From Eledone cirrhosa (Eukaryota): a stretch of 64,000 nucleotides of DNA. Shown piece after piece: positions 39,092 to 53,325 of the stretch (position 1 is its first letter; every line of letters begins with the position of its first letter). The notes below the pieces were generated by a model, which saw nothing but the letters and a program-made list of their open reading frames with translations, did not search any database and was not told the origin of the DNA. The stretch is taken from NCBI GenBank assembly GCA_964016885.1, contig OZ024741.1, forward strand, positions 356,500,001 to 356,564,000, in the 5' to 3' direction. A program made the translations under genes and the position numbers.

Positions 39092-41015
39092 CAAATGTAT
39101 GTATGCACACATAAACAAATGCATGCAAACTCACACACAAACACACACACATACTCACATATTCAAACACATACATACATTTATATTTCTTTCACTGATA
39201 TAACATACAACTGAATGTTTCCTACTCTTCCTTACACCTTTAGAAGTTGTAGTGTTTCTTAACATTTTCTACCACTTTATAATTATTTTAGCTAAAGATA
39301 AATATATAAAGTGTATCTAAATGTATGTATTGAAGCCGTTGCACAGCTCCATTATAAAACATTTCAATTTTATCAGAACTAGTCATCTATATATAGTATT
39401 GTGACATTTGAAGACGTGCTCTTCAAATGGTTCTTTTCTTATGTGTAACATTGCTATGGAGTATGTACTGTTATATTTATTAGGCATGTTTATATACACA
39501 TAATATATTGTGCATGATATTCTGTCTGTTCTTCTGTAATTGCATCATTACCTTCTGTACATAACATATTGTTTATAAAGTGTGGAGATGTGCAGCCTTG
39601 AGAATAGTATGTTGAACTCACGATCATAAGGTTGTTGGTTTGATTTCTGGACTGGGCTGCACATTGCATCTTGAGTAAAACATTTTATTTCACATTGGTC
39701 CTATTGACTCAGCTGGAAAAAAAATGAATAGCATCTGTAGCTGGAGGTTAACCTTGTGATGGACTATCTTAATGTCAATGAAATCAGGATAGGCTCTGAC
39801 CTGATGAGCATGTGGGCTTAGGACAAAATTTAACTTAACATATGAATCACTGACTACAAAATTTGGATATATTAGTTTTTGATGGAAGTTTAAAAAGATA
39901 TGAAACTGCAATAGCTCTGTTGTTGGTTATATAATACTCTCAGTAATGTGGGCTTTAAACTAAACAATGTTCACAACAAGGTTATAACTGATAGATTATG
40001 ATATATGCTCTGTGGTGTTTTGTATAAGATTGCAAGCTGACAGAGTAATTGATCCAGCTCTCTGTTCTTTTGGCTCAAATCCCACTGAAGCCAATTTAGC
40101 TTTTGCTCCTTTCAGGGTCTATAAATAAAGTCCCAATTTAAGGACAAAGGGCAAGTGGAATTGTTAAAGCATTGAATGGGATGCTTTGCATTATCTGTTC
40201 TGGCTCTATGCATTCTGAGTTCAAATCCTGCTTCTTGTCACCGGGAAAGTATTAGTATCAGTATTAGTATCAGTAGTGACATTAGTATCAGTAGTGACAT
40301 TAGTATCGGTAAGGGAAAAGAAAATAGCCTGAGCTTATGATCAGCTTTTATTTTGTATAAGTAAACTATTATATTTACAGACGAACTGGGGAAGTGAATA
40401 AACTATTGGACACTGCAGGAATTTTTGATAGGTCTTCATAGAAGACATTTCTTGCTTTGGCTTATCCATTTGGAGAAAAATGTACCATCTTTTTTATGGG
40501 GTGGGGTAATTGATCATGAATCTGTCAAGGTGTTGGATGTTTTCTCTTAAAAAATTTGATATTACAGAAACTGTAGTATCTGCTCTGTGAAACTTGATAT
40601 TTATTGAAAGGATTAACTGATATATATCTTTATAACCTAATTATAAAATCAACTTTACTTTCACTAATTTTAGTATTATATATGTATGTATATGTATGTA
40701 TATATATATATATATATATGAAAAAGAAGTTGAAAATGTAATTGGAGTCTTTACCCGTTTCACAGTTGGATGATTTTTAAAAGTTAAGTGAGATGGAGAG
40801 AAGTGTGGCTATGATGTGATGTGTCTCTCACACAAACGCACACACACATACATCCACACACACATATATATATTTATGCGTGGGTGTGTATATATTTATA
40901 CATACACACATATATATATATTTACATAAATGCTTGTTTTATGAGTTTATCTGATAAATCCACTAAACATGCACTAAATCAAGGACTCATATACAGAGTA
41001 TAGAGCCAATATAGT

Positions 41016-41140
41016 ATTTATTATTAATGGTGACTGTTTACTTTAAAGTTTCACCAATGTTACTAGCTGATCAAAACTCTTTTGATAAGCCAGTAACATC
41101 AGTGAAACTCCAAAGTAAACAGTGACCAATAATAATAAAT
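41016..41140. repeat. Imperfect palindrome containing a U3-A8 hammerhead-like motif (41076-41123, +)
   Basis: Arms of ~60 bp around a CTC loop; ACTCTT-TTGATAA-...-GAAA-CTCCAAAG-TA-AACAGT. Confidence 0.65.
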
Positions 41141-41184
41141 TATATATGTATATATATGTACACACATATATATATATATATATA

Positions 41185-41531
41185 TCACGCAGTAATACAG
41201 AGTACCCAACCTCCCATGGGTACAAGCTGAAGCATATAGACAATATGCCCCACATCCTCCCACTGCAAAGTGGTCGTGGAGGTGCCACGGCAAAAAAGCA
41301 CCCAGCCCACACTGTAAAGTGGACGTGTAGGCACCATGGAAAAAAGCACCCAGCACTCATTGTAAATGAGGTTGGTGTTAGGAAGGGCATCCAGTTGTAG
41401 AAATCAAGCCAAAATCAGTTCCTGTATGAGCAAGGCATGGTCAGCCGACCAGACACTGCTCACAACAGGACAACCCATCTAACCCATGCTAGCATGGAAG
41501 AACGGACGTAAAACGGTGATGATGATGATGA
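41185..41531 (+). mobile_element. Non-autonomous retroposon / LINE 3' UTR, closely similar to 62083-62452
   Basis: High identity between the copies; 3' hairpin CCATGCTAGCATGG and (GAT)n tail; TA flanks. Confidence 0.88.
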
Positions 41532-42035
41532 TATATATACACACATACATACACACATATATATATATATATACACACATACATACACACACACACACAC
41601 ATATATATATATATGTGAAACATCACTGGAATCATATCTTAACTAATCAAAAACATCAATAATTTGTTATAAGGTCATTAATAATGCAATATTTGGTGAG
41701 ATGACAACCAATTAACTTAGACATCAGAAAACAAAATATTGTAAATAAGAGAAATAACACTCACAAATTTTACTCTTTGGAAGATGAAAGCTTCTACGAT
41801 TTATTAATGTATAATAATTCAGGTAAGTTGATGTAATTTTTTATAACACATACATGAAAAGGCTTTTAAAAGTATCCATTTACTGGTAAAAGTAAATAAG
41901 TAGTTGTTCATTTAAACACCTTCACAAAGATGTTTTGCACAAAACTTTATTTACATTTATACATATAGTACACACTGTATTTAAGTATACACCCACACAT
42001 ACCCACATGCTTATATATAATATTTATAATATATA

Positions 42036-42202
42036 CCGTATTTTCCGGCATCGAAGATGCTACTTTTTTTACTAAAATAAGTCTCAAAAATCTAACATGC
42101 ATCCTAGAGGCCAAAGGTTGTTTATTATTTTTTTTAATTTTTGGTTGTCAAAATTAGGGTGCGTCCTCAAGGGTGAAGCGTCTTTGGTACTGGGAAATAC
42201 GG
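42036..42202. mobile_element. pogo/Tigger-like MITE
   Basis: TA|CCGTATTTTCC...GGGAAATACGG|TA TIRs with TA TSD. Confidence 0.85.
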
Positions 42203-42246
42203 TATATATGTATATGATATATATATATATGATATATATATATATA

Positions 42247-43629
<1,383 letters not shown>

Positions 43630-43835
43630 ATAAATATATATGTATGTATATATACATATATATACATATATATATATATATGTATATAAAGTTAGTTCCA
43701 CAATAAATTACCAAACCATACTCGAGGACGCGTGTTTTACCCAACGGATTCTCTGTACTATGGGCTGAGTGCTCTACTTACTACGGGTATAACCTCCCTG
43801 TGTTTTACCACTATATATATATATATATATATATA

Positions 43836-44213
43836 TGCCTAAGTACAAAGCGAAACCTACAGTCAGTAGGCACCTCAAAAAAATACCCCCTCCCATCCAC
43901 ACCACCCCCTTAAATGTGAAGTTATGTTGGTACCACAACATCCAGTCCGAAACAAATGAGGTCGTGTAGGTGTCACGACAAAAAAACACACAGTCCACGC
44001 TGTAATGTAGCCGTGTAGGTAACACGGTAAAAACCTCCAGTCCACACTGTAAATGTGGTTGGTGTTAGGTAGGGCATCCAGCCGTAGAAAACCCGCCAGA
44101 CAGTCCTATACAAGCAGGACAACAAATCTTGCCTCAAGTGGGAAACCTCCCGTCCAAACCCATGCAAGCGTGGAAGATGGACGTTAAACGATGATGATGA
44201 TGATGATGATGAT
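43836..44213 (+). mobile_element. RTE family 1, 3' UTR only
   Basis: Homologous to 43245-43629. Confidence 0.92.
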
Positions 44214-44568
44214 ATGTGTTGATTGATGTTATTTAATATATATATAAATATATATATATATAAATATGTATATATATATATATATACATATTTATATATA
44301 TATATATTTATATAAATATAAATTCAGCGAGAATCGCATTTTGGCGAGTAGAAAAAACGAAATGAAACGCAAAAATCAGAGTTTTTATATATATATTAAA
44401 TAACATGCACAAGACAAAGACAATGGGGAAAACAACAGAAAGATGGAAACTCACATCTCCTCAGTCAACCTCTGGAAAGCACTATGGTTTTGGTGAATTA
44501 AGATTGATACCATTCAAAACAGGTGGCACACAGGACAAAGACAATGGAAAAAACAACAGAAATTCTAA

Positions 44569-44608
<40 letters not shown>

Positions 44609-44628
44609 TATATATAGATATATATATA

Positions 44629-45208
44629 TCAGATTAGCATGGGAGAGGGGTGTTCCGAGGCCATAGTATAAGGACAGGTTGGAAGAAGTTTAGGGAGCTG
44701 CTTCCTCTGCTGATGAAGAAGGGTTTCTCCCTGTATATGACAGGCCGGTTGTATGATGCCTGTGTGAGGAGCGCGATGCTGCATGGTAGTGAGACATGGG
44801 TAGCAACTGCAGAGGATATGCGACGGCTGGAGAGAAATGAGGCAAACATGCTCCATTGGATGTGCAATGTCAATGTGCGTGAACGACCGAGCATAGATGA
44901 GTTGAGAGAGAAAGATTGTAGTGTGCGGGAAAGGAGACTGCGATGGTATGGACATGTGATGCACATGGAGGATGACCGATGGGTGAAGAAATGCCAGGAA
45001 ATGTCAGTTGAAGGAAGACGTGGTAGAGGTAGACCACGAAAAACATGGGCGGAGGTGGTTAGAGAAGACCTCAGATCGATGAAGCTCACGGTGGAGATGA
45101 CGAAGGACCGTGACAAGTGGAGAGATGCTGTGCGGAATAGGACCCGTCCCACCCTTGTAAGCATGGAAAAGCGGATATAAAATGATGATGATGACGATGA
45201 TGATGATA
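44629..45208 (+). mobile_element. 5'-truncated RTE LINE family 2 (ORF runs almost to the tail)
   Basis: [14 protein letters not shown]...MLHGSETW...RRLRWYGHV...RGRPRKTW; (GAT)n tail. Confidence 0.93.
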
Positions 45209-45254
45209 ACCAAAAGTTTATATCGTTCGTTGATTATTCATATATATTTTATAT

Positions 45255-45315
45255 ATTTTATCTGATGAAAATGTACTGAAACACCATTGTACCCTTGAAA
45301 TATGCATAATAAAAT
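45255..45315 (+). ncRNA. Type I hammerhead ribozyme motif
   Basis: Stem I ATTTTAT/ATAAAAT, CTGATGA, imperfect stem II (AA..GTAC/GTAC..TT), GAAA-TATGCA-TA. Confidence 0.6.
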
Positions 45316-46174
45316 GTATACTTTGGTTATGATTATATTTCTCATTAATATTTTGAATAATATTATAAATATAGATAGATAGATAGATATATACATACAC
45401 GCACATGCACACACACACACACGTACACATATATATATATATATAATGGAAAAATTTGAACAGGAACAAAACAGAGAGGCAGTACAACGAATGTTTATTA
45501 ATTTCACGCTCTGGAGAGTGGGGTGGTTGGCGCTATATATATATATAGGTGTCACCCAGCCCACACTGTAGAGTGGTCATCTAAAAGACATGGTAAAAAG
45601 CACCCAGCGCACACAGTAAATGTGGTTGGCGCTATATATATATATATAGGTGTCACCCAGCCCACACTGTATGCATATATATATATAAACATACAGATAT
45701 ATACACATACACACACATATATATATATATATATTGAAATGTAATAATATGATGGAGTCCTCTAATCCTTCTATAAAGGCAGTAACTCTGAATAAAAGAA
45801 TTGAATTAGACTGTAACAACCCATCCAACCCATGCCAGCTTGGAAAGTGACCTTAAAATGATGATGATGATTGTGTATAAATACACACACACATATATAT
45901 ATAAATGTGTGTGTGTGTTAATTAGGTGTGTAACCACAGTAACAGGTGGCATCAATTCAAAACACTCAATGCTGTTATGAAGTCCGTCTAGTTTGGGTTG
46001 TATTCTGGAGTTAAGGCAGCTGTAGTACACAGAGTGTAAATAGATTGAGAAGTCTGTGTTGATTGTACCCTGAGCTGATCAATATTGAAACAATTGTAAT
46101 ATGACAATAAAACTTGTACTTATGCTGCAACACTGACTTCGATTCTTCTTAATCTATCTTTCTATCTATCTATT

Positions 46175-46281
<107 letters not shown>

Positions 46282-46294
46282 ATATAGAAATGAC

Positions 46295-46340
46295 TTCTGC
46301 AGGACTAGAACTGTTTCATTCGTATGAAATCATCAGGAAT
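46295..46340 (-). ncRNA. Hammerhead motif of the 10783 family, probably inactivated (GCA triplet)
   Basis: ATTC-CTGATGA-TTTC-ATAC-GAAT-GAAA-CAGTTCTAGTCCTG-CA-GAA. Confidence 0.6.
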
Positions 46341-46349
46341 AATTATATA

Positions 46350-46785
46350 TCATCATCATGGTTTAACGTCCATCTTCCATGCTAGCATGAGTTAGACAGC
46401 TTTGTTCCATTTAGAGGTAAGTTGGGTCAGGTGACCGTGTCTCACTCATATAGGACTATTTCTGGCTAGTTTTCTATGGCTGGATGCCCTTCCTAGTGCC
46501 AACCACATTTACACTATGCGCTGGGTGCTTTTACCATGTCTTTTACATAACCACTCTACAGTGTGGGCTGGGTGACACTTATATATATAGTGCCAACCAC
46601 ATTTACAGTGTGCGCTGGGTGCTTTTTACCATGTCTTTTAGATGACCACTCTACAGTGTGGGCTGGGTGACACCTATATATATATATATAGTGCCAACCA
46701 CATTTACAGTGTGCGCTGGGTGCTTTTTACCATGTCTTTTACATGACCACTCTACAGTGTGGGCTGGGTGACACCTATATATATA
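46350..46785 (-). mobile_element. Retroposon 3' module whose 5' ~90 bp is triplicated with TA spacers
   Basis: (CAT)n tail and hairpin at 46350-46400; three units each ending GGGTGACAC(C/T)TATATAT. Confidence 0.85.
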
Positions 46786-47019
46786 ATCTTCACATTCATT
46801 CCCCCTTCCACATACCTCCCACATTCTAACACTCTACCCCTCACACATGTTCATATACCCACCTTCCTAATCCCCACACACTCTTCCTACCAAAGCTCCC
46901 AGCCCACACTGTAAAGTGGCAGTGTAGGTATCATGACAAAAAGCTACCAGCATGGAAAATGGACGTTAAATGGTGATGATGAGTACGATATATATATCTG
47001 TATCATATATGTGTGTGTG

Positions 47020-47500
47020 TGTCAAATGCTTGGATGGGACCTTAGAAGAAGTCAATAAATGTTGTTACCTAGGTGACTTGATTAACAGTGGAGGGGTGTG
47101 TTCTGAAAGAATTGTAACCAGAGTAAGGATGAGCTTGGAGAAATTTAGTGAAGTTGTAACTTTTGCTGGTAACAAAAAGTTTCTCTCTCAGATTGTGTGA
47201 AGCTTGTGCATTATTTGTAATACTACATGGTAGTGAAACATGGGGGTTAAGGGCAAAAGAATTAAGATAACTGGAAAGAAATGAGGCATGCAATGTTAGC
47301 AAACATGAACGATGGAATACATATGCACTGAGAGAAAAATTGGACATATAAGAGGAATGTATTGTAGTGTGTAAGAAAGAAAGAGGACTGTGCTGGTATG
47401 GACATGTAATGCATATGGAGGATGACAGTTGTATAAAGAAGTGACAAACACTTAAAATGTGGATGTAACTGATGATCTAGAAAGACATGGACCAAAAATA
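47020..47500 (+). mobile_element. Degenerate RTE-like LINE fragment
   Basis: LEEVNKCCYLGD, LHGSETWG and WYGHVMHMEDD codons. Confidence 0.8.
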
Positions 47501-49259
47501 GATAGACTAGCTTCAGTCTTCCCAACTGAGCCTTGAAACAAAGATAACAAATATTTTCTTGACAGCTTAAAAGATAATTTCATCGCCACTACATATCTCA
47601 AAATATATCTAATGGCTTTCTTGGGAACTAACAGTGTTTTGACATCAAACGGTATAAATTTTAAACACAGACTGGATTCTATTTTGAAGATGCCACAAAT
47701 AATGGAAAACTGGACAGATTTCTAAATTATTAAGAAATTTACCTCAGTTTCAAAGCACAGATTTGTAACTAATCTCTTACCAAATGGATTTTGTGACAGT
47801 ATCCTCTCTACTTATAGACTGAAGCTCTTAAAATTAGAAATAAGATTCCCTATGCTAAATTCAATAGATTTAATCTTCATTTAAGTGTAGTTAAATAAAT
47901 ATTCAATATATTTGCAGATAATATTGAGAAATATTGAGTTAAACAATATGGATTTGGTCATTAGTTTACAACAGATGTAAACAATAGGATTAAACTACTT
48001 AATTTGGCATAAGAGCAAGTCTCTGCATGTTAAGAAGCCAAGTAAGAATTATTCTATGAATGGTCAAATATACAGTGGGCCTGCATCTTACATGTCCAAT
48101 TGTTTCCCCTGCCCTTCACATTATGTTTGGAACATAACTTAACAAAAGTTCTTGCATAAAATTATGATGGAAGGTTTTTTTTAGATAAATACAAACAGTT
48201 TTATATCCTAGATACAAAGGGGATTTTGTGTGGCTTAGTTTATAGATTGTTAAGACATGCCGGCATGGAAAATAGAAGTTAAATGATGATGATGATGGTG
48301 GTGAGGAGGGGTGTGTGTGTGACGTGGATGGTTGATGATGATAATAAGACATATTTAAATGGTTTCATTGTACTATAGTCTATTGCAGTACTGAAAGATA
48401 ATCCTATCGGCTTATAGAAAGGTTAGAATTTTCTGTAAAGTCCTTATAGAAATCTCAATATAATTCTTCCTTGCCTTTCAGCTTGATATTTCTGGTGTCA
48501 TCACTAGACAGCTAAATTTAAAATAAATTAGTAATGGTTACTCAATAACATGAAATTATGAATTGCTTTGGCGTCAGATTATATACACATTCCAACAAGT
48601 TCCACTTGCAATTGCCTTTAGGAATAATATGCAAGCTTGCATAATTATAGTCTGTCTCATCAATGAAGTATAAACTTAACCATTTTCATACCAAACTGCC
48701 TGCAACTGTTCCTGGTTTTACAATACAAAGCTGTTTATTTTAAAGTTTTTATATTTATCTAAAAACACCAGCCTAATGAGGAGAAAGTTATATTACTAAA
48801 TCCATCCAAATTCTTAATTATTTTTTATTCTTTAATTATTTTCAAAATTAATTGAAAACTATTGGAAGTGTCTTTCATTAGAAATATAGTAATGAAAGGG
48901 CTAAACTCATCAACATAATGATATTATTAACCCTTTTGGTATCAAACTGCCTACCCTCCACCTCTGGTTCTATGACATGAAACTGTTTATTTTAAAGTAC
49001 TTATATTTATCTAAAAGGATTGCACAAAAATTTTATGTAAGAACCTTTGTTAAGTTATGTTTCTAAACAATAACTTAATAATATGAAAGCTAGTTACATA
49101 ACTAAATTTATCCAAATTCCTATTTGAAAATTGTAGGCAATGTCTTTCATTAAAAATACAGCAACAGAATGGTTTATCAAACAGAAGGCTGGTATATGAC
49201 AGAATAGGTAGAGTCGTGGGGAAAAATGCTTACCACCTCATTTTCTTTACATCCAATAC

Positions 49260-50224
49260 TGCCAACAAAGATCTTGAGCTACTGAATACCATGATAATTT
49301 GATATGAAGCATGGGTGTATTGGTACAATTCACCAAAGCCCAGTCATCCAACACTGCTAAAACCACCAAAAGCGAGCCAGGTGCAGAGCAAAATCAAGAT
49401 GCTGCTGACTGTTTTCTTTGACTACTGAAGCATCATGAATATATAAAGGGTTAAGACCCCCTTCAGTCATGAATGACTATTGGATTTGCACCTAGAAAGT
49501 TCCCCTCTGAGGCACAAGTCTGGGCAAGGTTGTTTGTGAAAGACCAGCAGTTTCCCATGCATACCAGTCTCCCCTCTCCATGCCATCGATGTTGTTTAAG
49601 GGAAAGGCAAAGGCCAATATTGTTTGACACCAGTGACATCGCAACTCATTTCTACAGCTGAGTGAACTGGAGCAAAGTGAAATAAAGGTCTTGCTCAAAA
49701 ACACAAATCAAAGCCCGGACCGAGAATCAAACTCACAAGCTCATGATTGTAAGCCCGATGCTCTAACCACTAAGCCATGTGCCTTCACCGTGAATATACA
49801 CTAGAAGGACAAACACTTACAAAAGAATACTAACAGAAAGTTCTTTGGTGTCTTTGTGATGTGGGTTGCTACAAGAGATCAGGCCTGTGGGCCTCATAAA
49901 ACAGGCAGCTGCATCATGATAATGTCCTGGCTCATTTGTCAAAGCTGATCCAATGTTCCTTGGCAAAGAAAAGCATTTTGCTCATTCATCAGGCTCCCCT
50001 CTATGTAGACATGACTCCTGACTTCTTTTAGAACTGATATGACATCATGCTGACTGAGAGCCATTCTAGAAGAAGCATTGCAGACATACTTCAAACAGTG
50101 GAAGGATCGCTGGGCTAAATGTATGGAGGCATAAGGGATCTACTTCAAAATGAATTAGCAATTGAACCCCATCAAGTATATAATTTTATTTTCCCAGCCT
50201 AATACATTTTTTGACAGACCTCAT
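49260..50224 (+). mobile_element. Degenerate mariner transposase relic with right TIR, interrupted by a SINE
   Basis: QVQSKIKMLLTVFFD, LHHDNVLAH and a decayed PYSPDLAP-like motif; terminus TTTTTGACAGACCTCA|TA. Confidence 0.75.
49444..49789 (-). mobile_element. Full-length tRNA-derived SINE family B
   Basis: A box TGGCTTAGTGG, B box GAGTTTGATTCT; TSD TGAATATA on both sides; homolog at 52140-52410. Confidence 0.88.
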
Positions 50225-51174
50225 ATTAAGACACCATATATATAATAAAAAATATGCAAATGCTGGAGATCGGAGAACAAAAAACAAATATTGTTCTCCT
50301 CCTCCTCCTCCTCCTCCTCACCATTATCATCATCATCCACCTCTTCCTACACTTCCTACCCCTCACCTCATTATCATCATCATCAACTGCAGCATTGTTT
50401 TTGTGTAGTATTCATTCTTGGCAAACTGAGTCTACCACTCAATTTGGATTTCCAGTAGCAAACAAATTCATTTTGTTTTCTAATACCTTTGGCAAATACT
50501 TCACTATAGTAATTTCCTATCCTACCATTCTTGTATGACTCTCAGGCCAGATTTCATACCTAATTAATAAATCATTGCCATAATCATTATCATGTTTTTT
50601 TCTTTCCCTCAATATACACTTTTTTTTTCACTTTTACCATCAATTTTATGTGTGCATGTGTGATTGTATGCTTGGTAAGTTTTGTGTGTGTATGCATGGT
50701 AGGTTGTGTGTGTACATGTGTGTGTGTGTGTGCATGTGCATATGTGTGTATATGTGTGTGTGTTTGTGTGCGTATGCGTGTGTATGTGTGTGCTGTATAT
50801 AAAGTGTGAACACTTAAATTGGCTATATCATCATCAACATCATTGTTGTTATCCTCACCATTATTTTATATCTGGGTGCTCTTCCTTTAATCACCTTGTA
50901 CAACATGCAGGGACAAAGTTTACCTATTCCCAATCCAAGATAAACATAGTATTATATATATGTGTGTGTGTGTGTGTATATACTTATGTATAATAATATA
51001 TCACAGTCAGTAAATGAGGTTGGTTCGAGGAAGGACATCCAGCTGTAGAAACCGAGCCAAAATCGGTTTTGTATGAGCATGACATGGTCACCTGACCTAG
51101 CATTGCTCACAACAGGATAACTCATCTAAGCCATGCCAGCGTGGAAAAGTGGATATACATATATATATATGTGA

Positions 51175-52070
51175 GAACTTAGGCACAGAAATCACTTCTT
51201 GCATTCAAAAGGCAGCAAAAGCATTTGGTACCCTAGAATCCAAAGTCTGGTTACAGTGCCATATCAAAACTGACACTAAGATTGTCTCATTTGTTCTTTC
51301 TGCATTGTTGGATTCTTCTGAAACCTGGACAATATGCATGTATCATGTTAAAAAGGTTGGAAAACTTTCACCAGAAATGCCTCCACCACATACTAAGAAT
51401 AAGCTGGTCTTCATTCTTTCTTGACACTGAGGTTATTGCTGAAGCTAAGATCACATCAATCCAAGCTATGCTTATTAGGAGTCAACTATGATAGACAGTC
51501 ATCTCATTTGTATAGATGATAATTGCAAGCTCAAGCAAATGTTTTATGATGAGCTTATGCTGGGAAAGAGAAAACTAGTAAGCCAAAGAAAAAATACAAA
51601 GACCCATTAAAATCAAATTTGAAATGTTTTAAAATATGTTAGAAAAGTCTTGTATTACTTGAAGTAGACAGGAAAGCATGGTGAGCTACAATTTTGGAGT
51701 GGTGTTAAAGATTTTGACTTTGATAGAGTTAAGCAAGTTAAAATGAAAAGAAAAGTACGTAAAATTGAGATTAATAGCAATAACGTTGGGAGTGAATCTC
51801 ATTCTTTCTTTAAATATTCATTACACTCAAAAGTATGCCTATCATATGCTGGTCCAAAATTGCACCAGTGTACCCATGCAGGTAAGACAGATTATTAGAA
51901 TTTTATTTGTCAAAAACCTGCAAGTAATGTGGGGATTGAAGTGGTCCTTCAATATTCACAATAAACAGGCAGACAATAGACCCAATGTTGCATTAAGACA
52001 CTGCTGCAGTATTTGTAGTCAGATCTTCAAATGCCTTTAGAGGCATTTAAGGTCTCATGCAAGAAAGGAG
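51175..52070 (+). mobile_element. Degenerate RTE-BovB-like LINE C-terminal region
   Basis: EITSCIQKAAKAFGTL, ETWT, LENFHQKCL..ILRISW and a terminal CxxC..H relic. Confidence 0.75.
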
Positions 52071-52139
52071 AAATTATAGGTACAATAAGAGATCAAGCTC
52101 TGTAAAAAAGGAGACAACCACCACCATAAATATACCTTG

Positions 52140-52561
52140 CTTTGCATTGTGTTCATGAGCAAGACACTTTATTTCACATTGTTCCAGGTCACTCAGCTGT
52201 AGAAATAAGTTGCAATGCCACTGGTGCCAAAGTGTATCAGCCTTTACCTTTCTCTTGGACAAAATGGGTGACATGGAGAGGGGAGGCTGGTATGCATGGG
52301 CGACTGCTAATCTTCCACAAACAACCTTGCCTGGCCTTGTGCCTTGGAGGGGAACTTTCTAGGTGCAAATCCTATGGTCATTCATGACCGAAGGGGGGCT
52401 TTACCCTTTACTCTTATATATATATATATATAAGAGTAAATGACCATAGGATTTGCACCTAGAAAGTTCCCCTCCAAGGCACAAGGCCAGGCAAGGTTGT
52501 TTGTGGAAGATTAGCAGTCGCCCATGCATACCAGCCTCCCCTCTCCATGTCACCCATTTTG
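52140..52561. mobile_element. SINE family B body followed by an inverted duplication of its 3' part
   Basis: 52260-52382 is the reverse complement of 52439-52561. Confidence 0.9.
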
Positions 52562-52647
52562 TACATACATATATGTATACAGACGTACAGCAGCATGCAT
52601 ATATATATACGTACATTCGAACGTTCAACTATCTGGCAGAAGGGTAT

Positions 52648-52690
52648 ACGGTGCTGATGATAGCTAACAAGCTTGAAACTAGTACATCGT
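52648..52690 (+). ncRNA. Minimal type I hammerhead ribozyme motif
   Basis: ACGGTG-CTGATGA-T-AGCT-AACA-AGCT-T-GAAA-CTAG-TA-CATCGT; stem I 6 bp with one G-U; palindromic stem III loop. Confidence 0.8.
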
Positions 52691-52848
52691 TCCTGTGTCA
52701 GTGTTGAACAAAAAGGTGACGTGGTTGCCTTAACACCGTACGGCATAAAATTCAGGCTGTTCAGTTTGTTTACAAACGAACAAAGCGGGCGTTATAATAA
52801 GCGTCCGCTAAACTGATACGTACATATATGTATGTGTACCTGTATGTA

Positions 52849-52879
<31 letters not shown>

Positions 52880-52936
52880 GCATGCTCTGTATACATATAT
52901 GTATGTACGTATGTATATATATATCATGTGCCTCCA

Positions 52937-53030
<94 letters not shown>

Positions 53031-53034
<4 letters not shown>

Positions 53035-53325
53035 GTTGTGAGTTCAATTCTCAGACCGGGTGATGTATTGTTTTCTTGAGCAAGACACTTTATTTCACAT
53101 TGCTCCAGTTCACTCAGCTGTAGAAATGAGATGATAGGGACTGGGTTCCCTATCATTCCACTGCAAAGTGGATGTGTAGGCGCCACAGCAAAAAAGCACC
53201 CAGCACTCACTGTAAATGAGGTTGGTGTTAGGAAGGACATCCAGCTGTAGAAATCAAGCCAGAATCAGTTCCCGTCTCACCCTTGCAAGAAAAAGCGGAC
53301 GTGAAATGAAAATGAAATGAAATGA
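53031..53325 (+). mobile_element. Chimeric SINE: tRNA B box and family B core with RTE family-2 tail
   Basis: GAGTTCAATTCT, TTGAGCAAGACACTTTATTTCAC core, then RTE-type 3' module and (GAAAT)n tail. Confidence 0.85.

Noticed and set aside
46060-46105. GAAACAATTGTA hammerhead-like 3' half
   Set aside because: No recognisable CUGANGA core or stem I
47567-47884. ~105-codon frame with one internal stop in unique AT-rich DNA
   Set aside because: No recognisable motif, an in-frame stop, and no convincing splice donor
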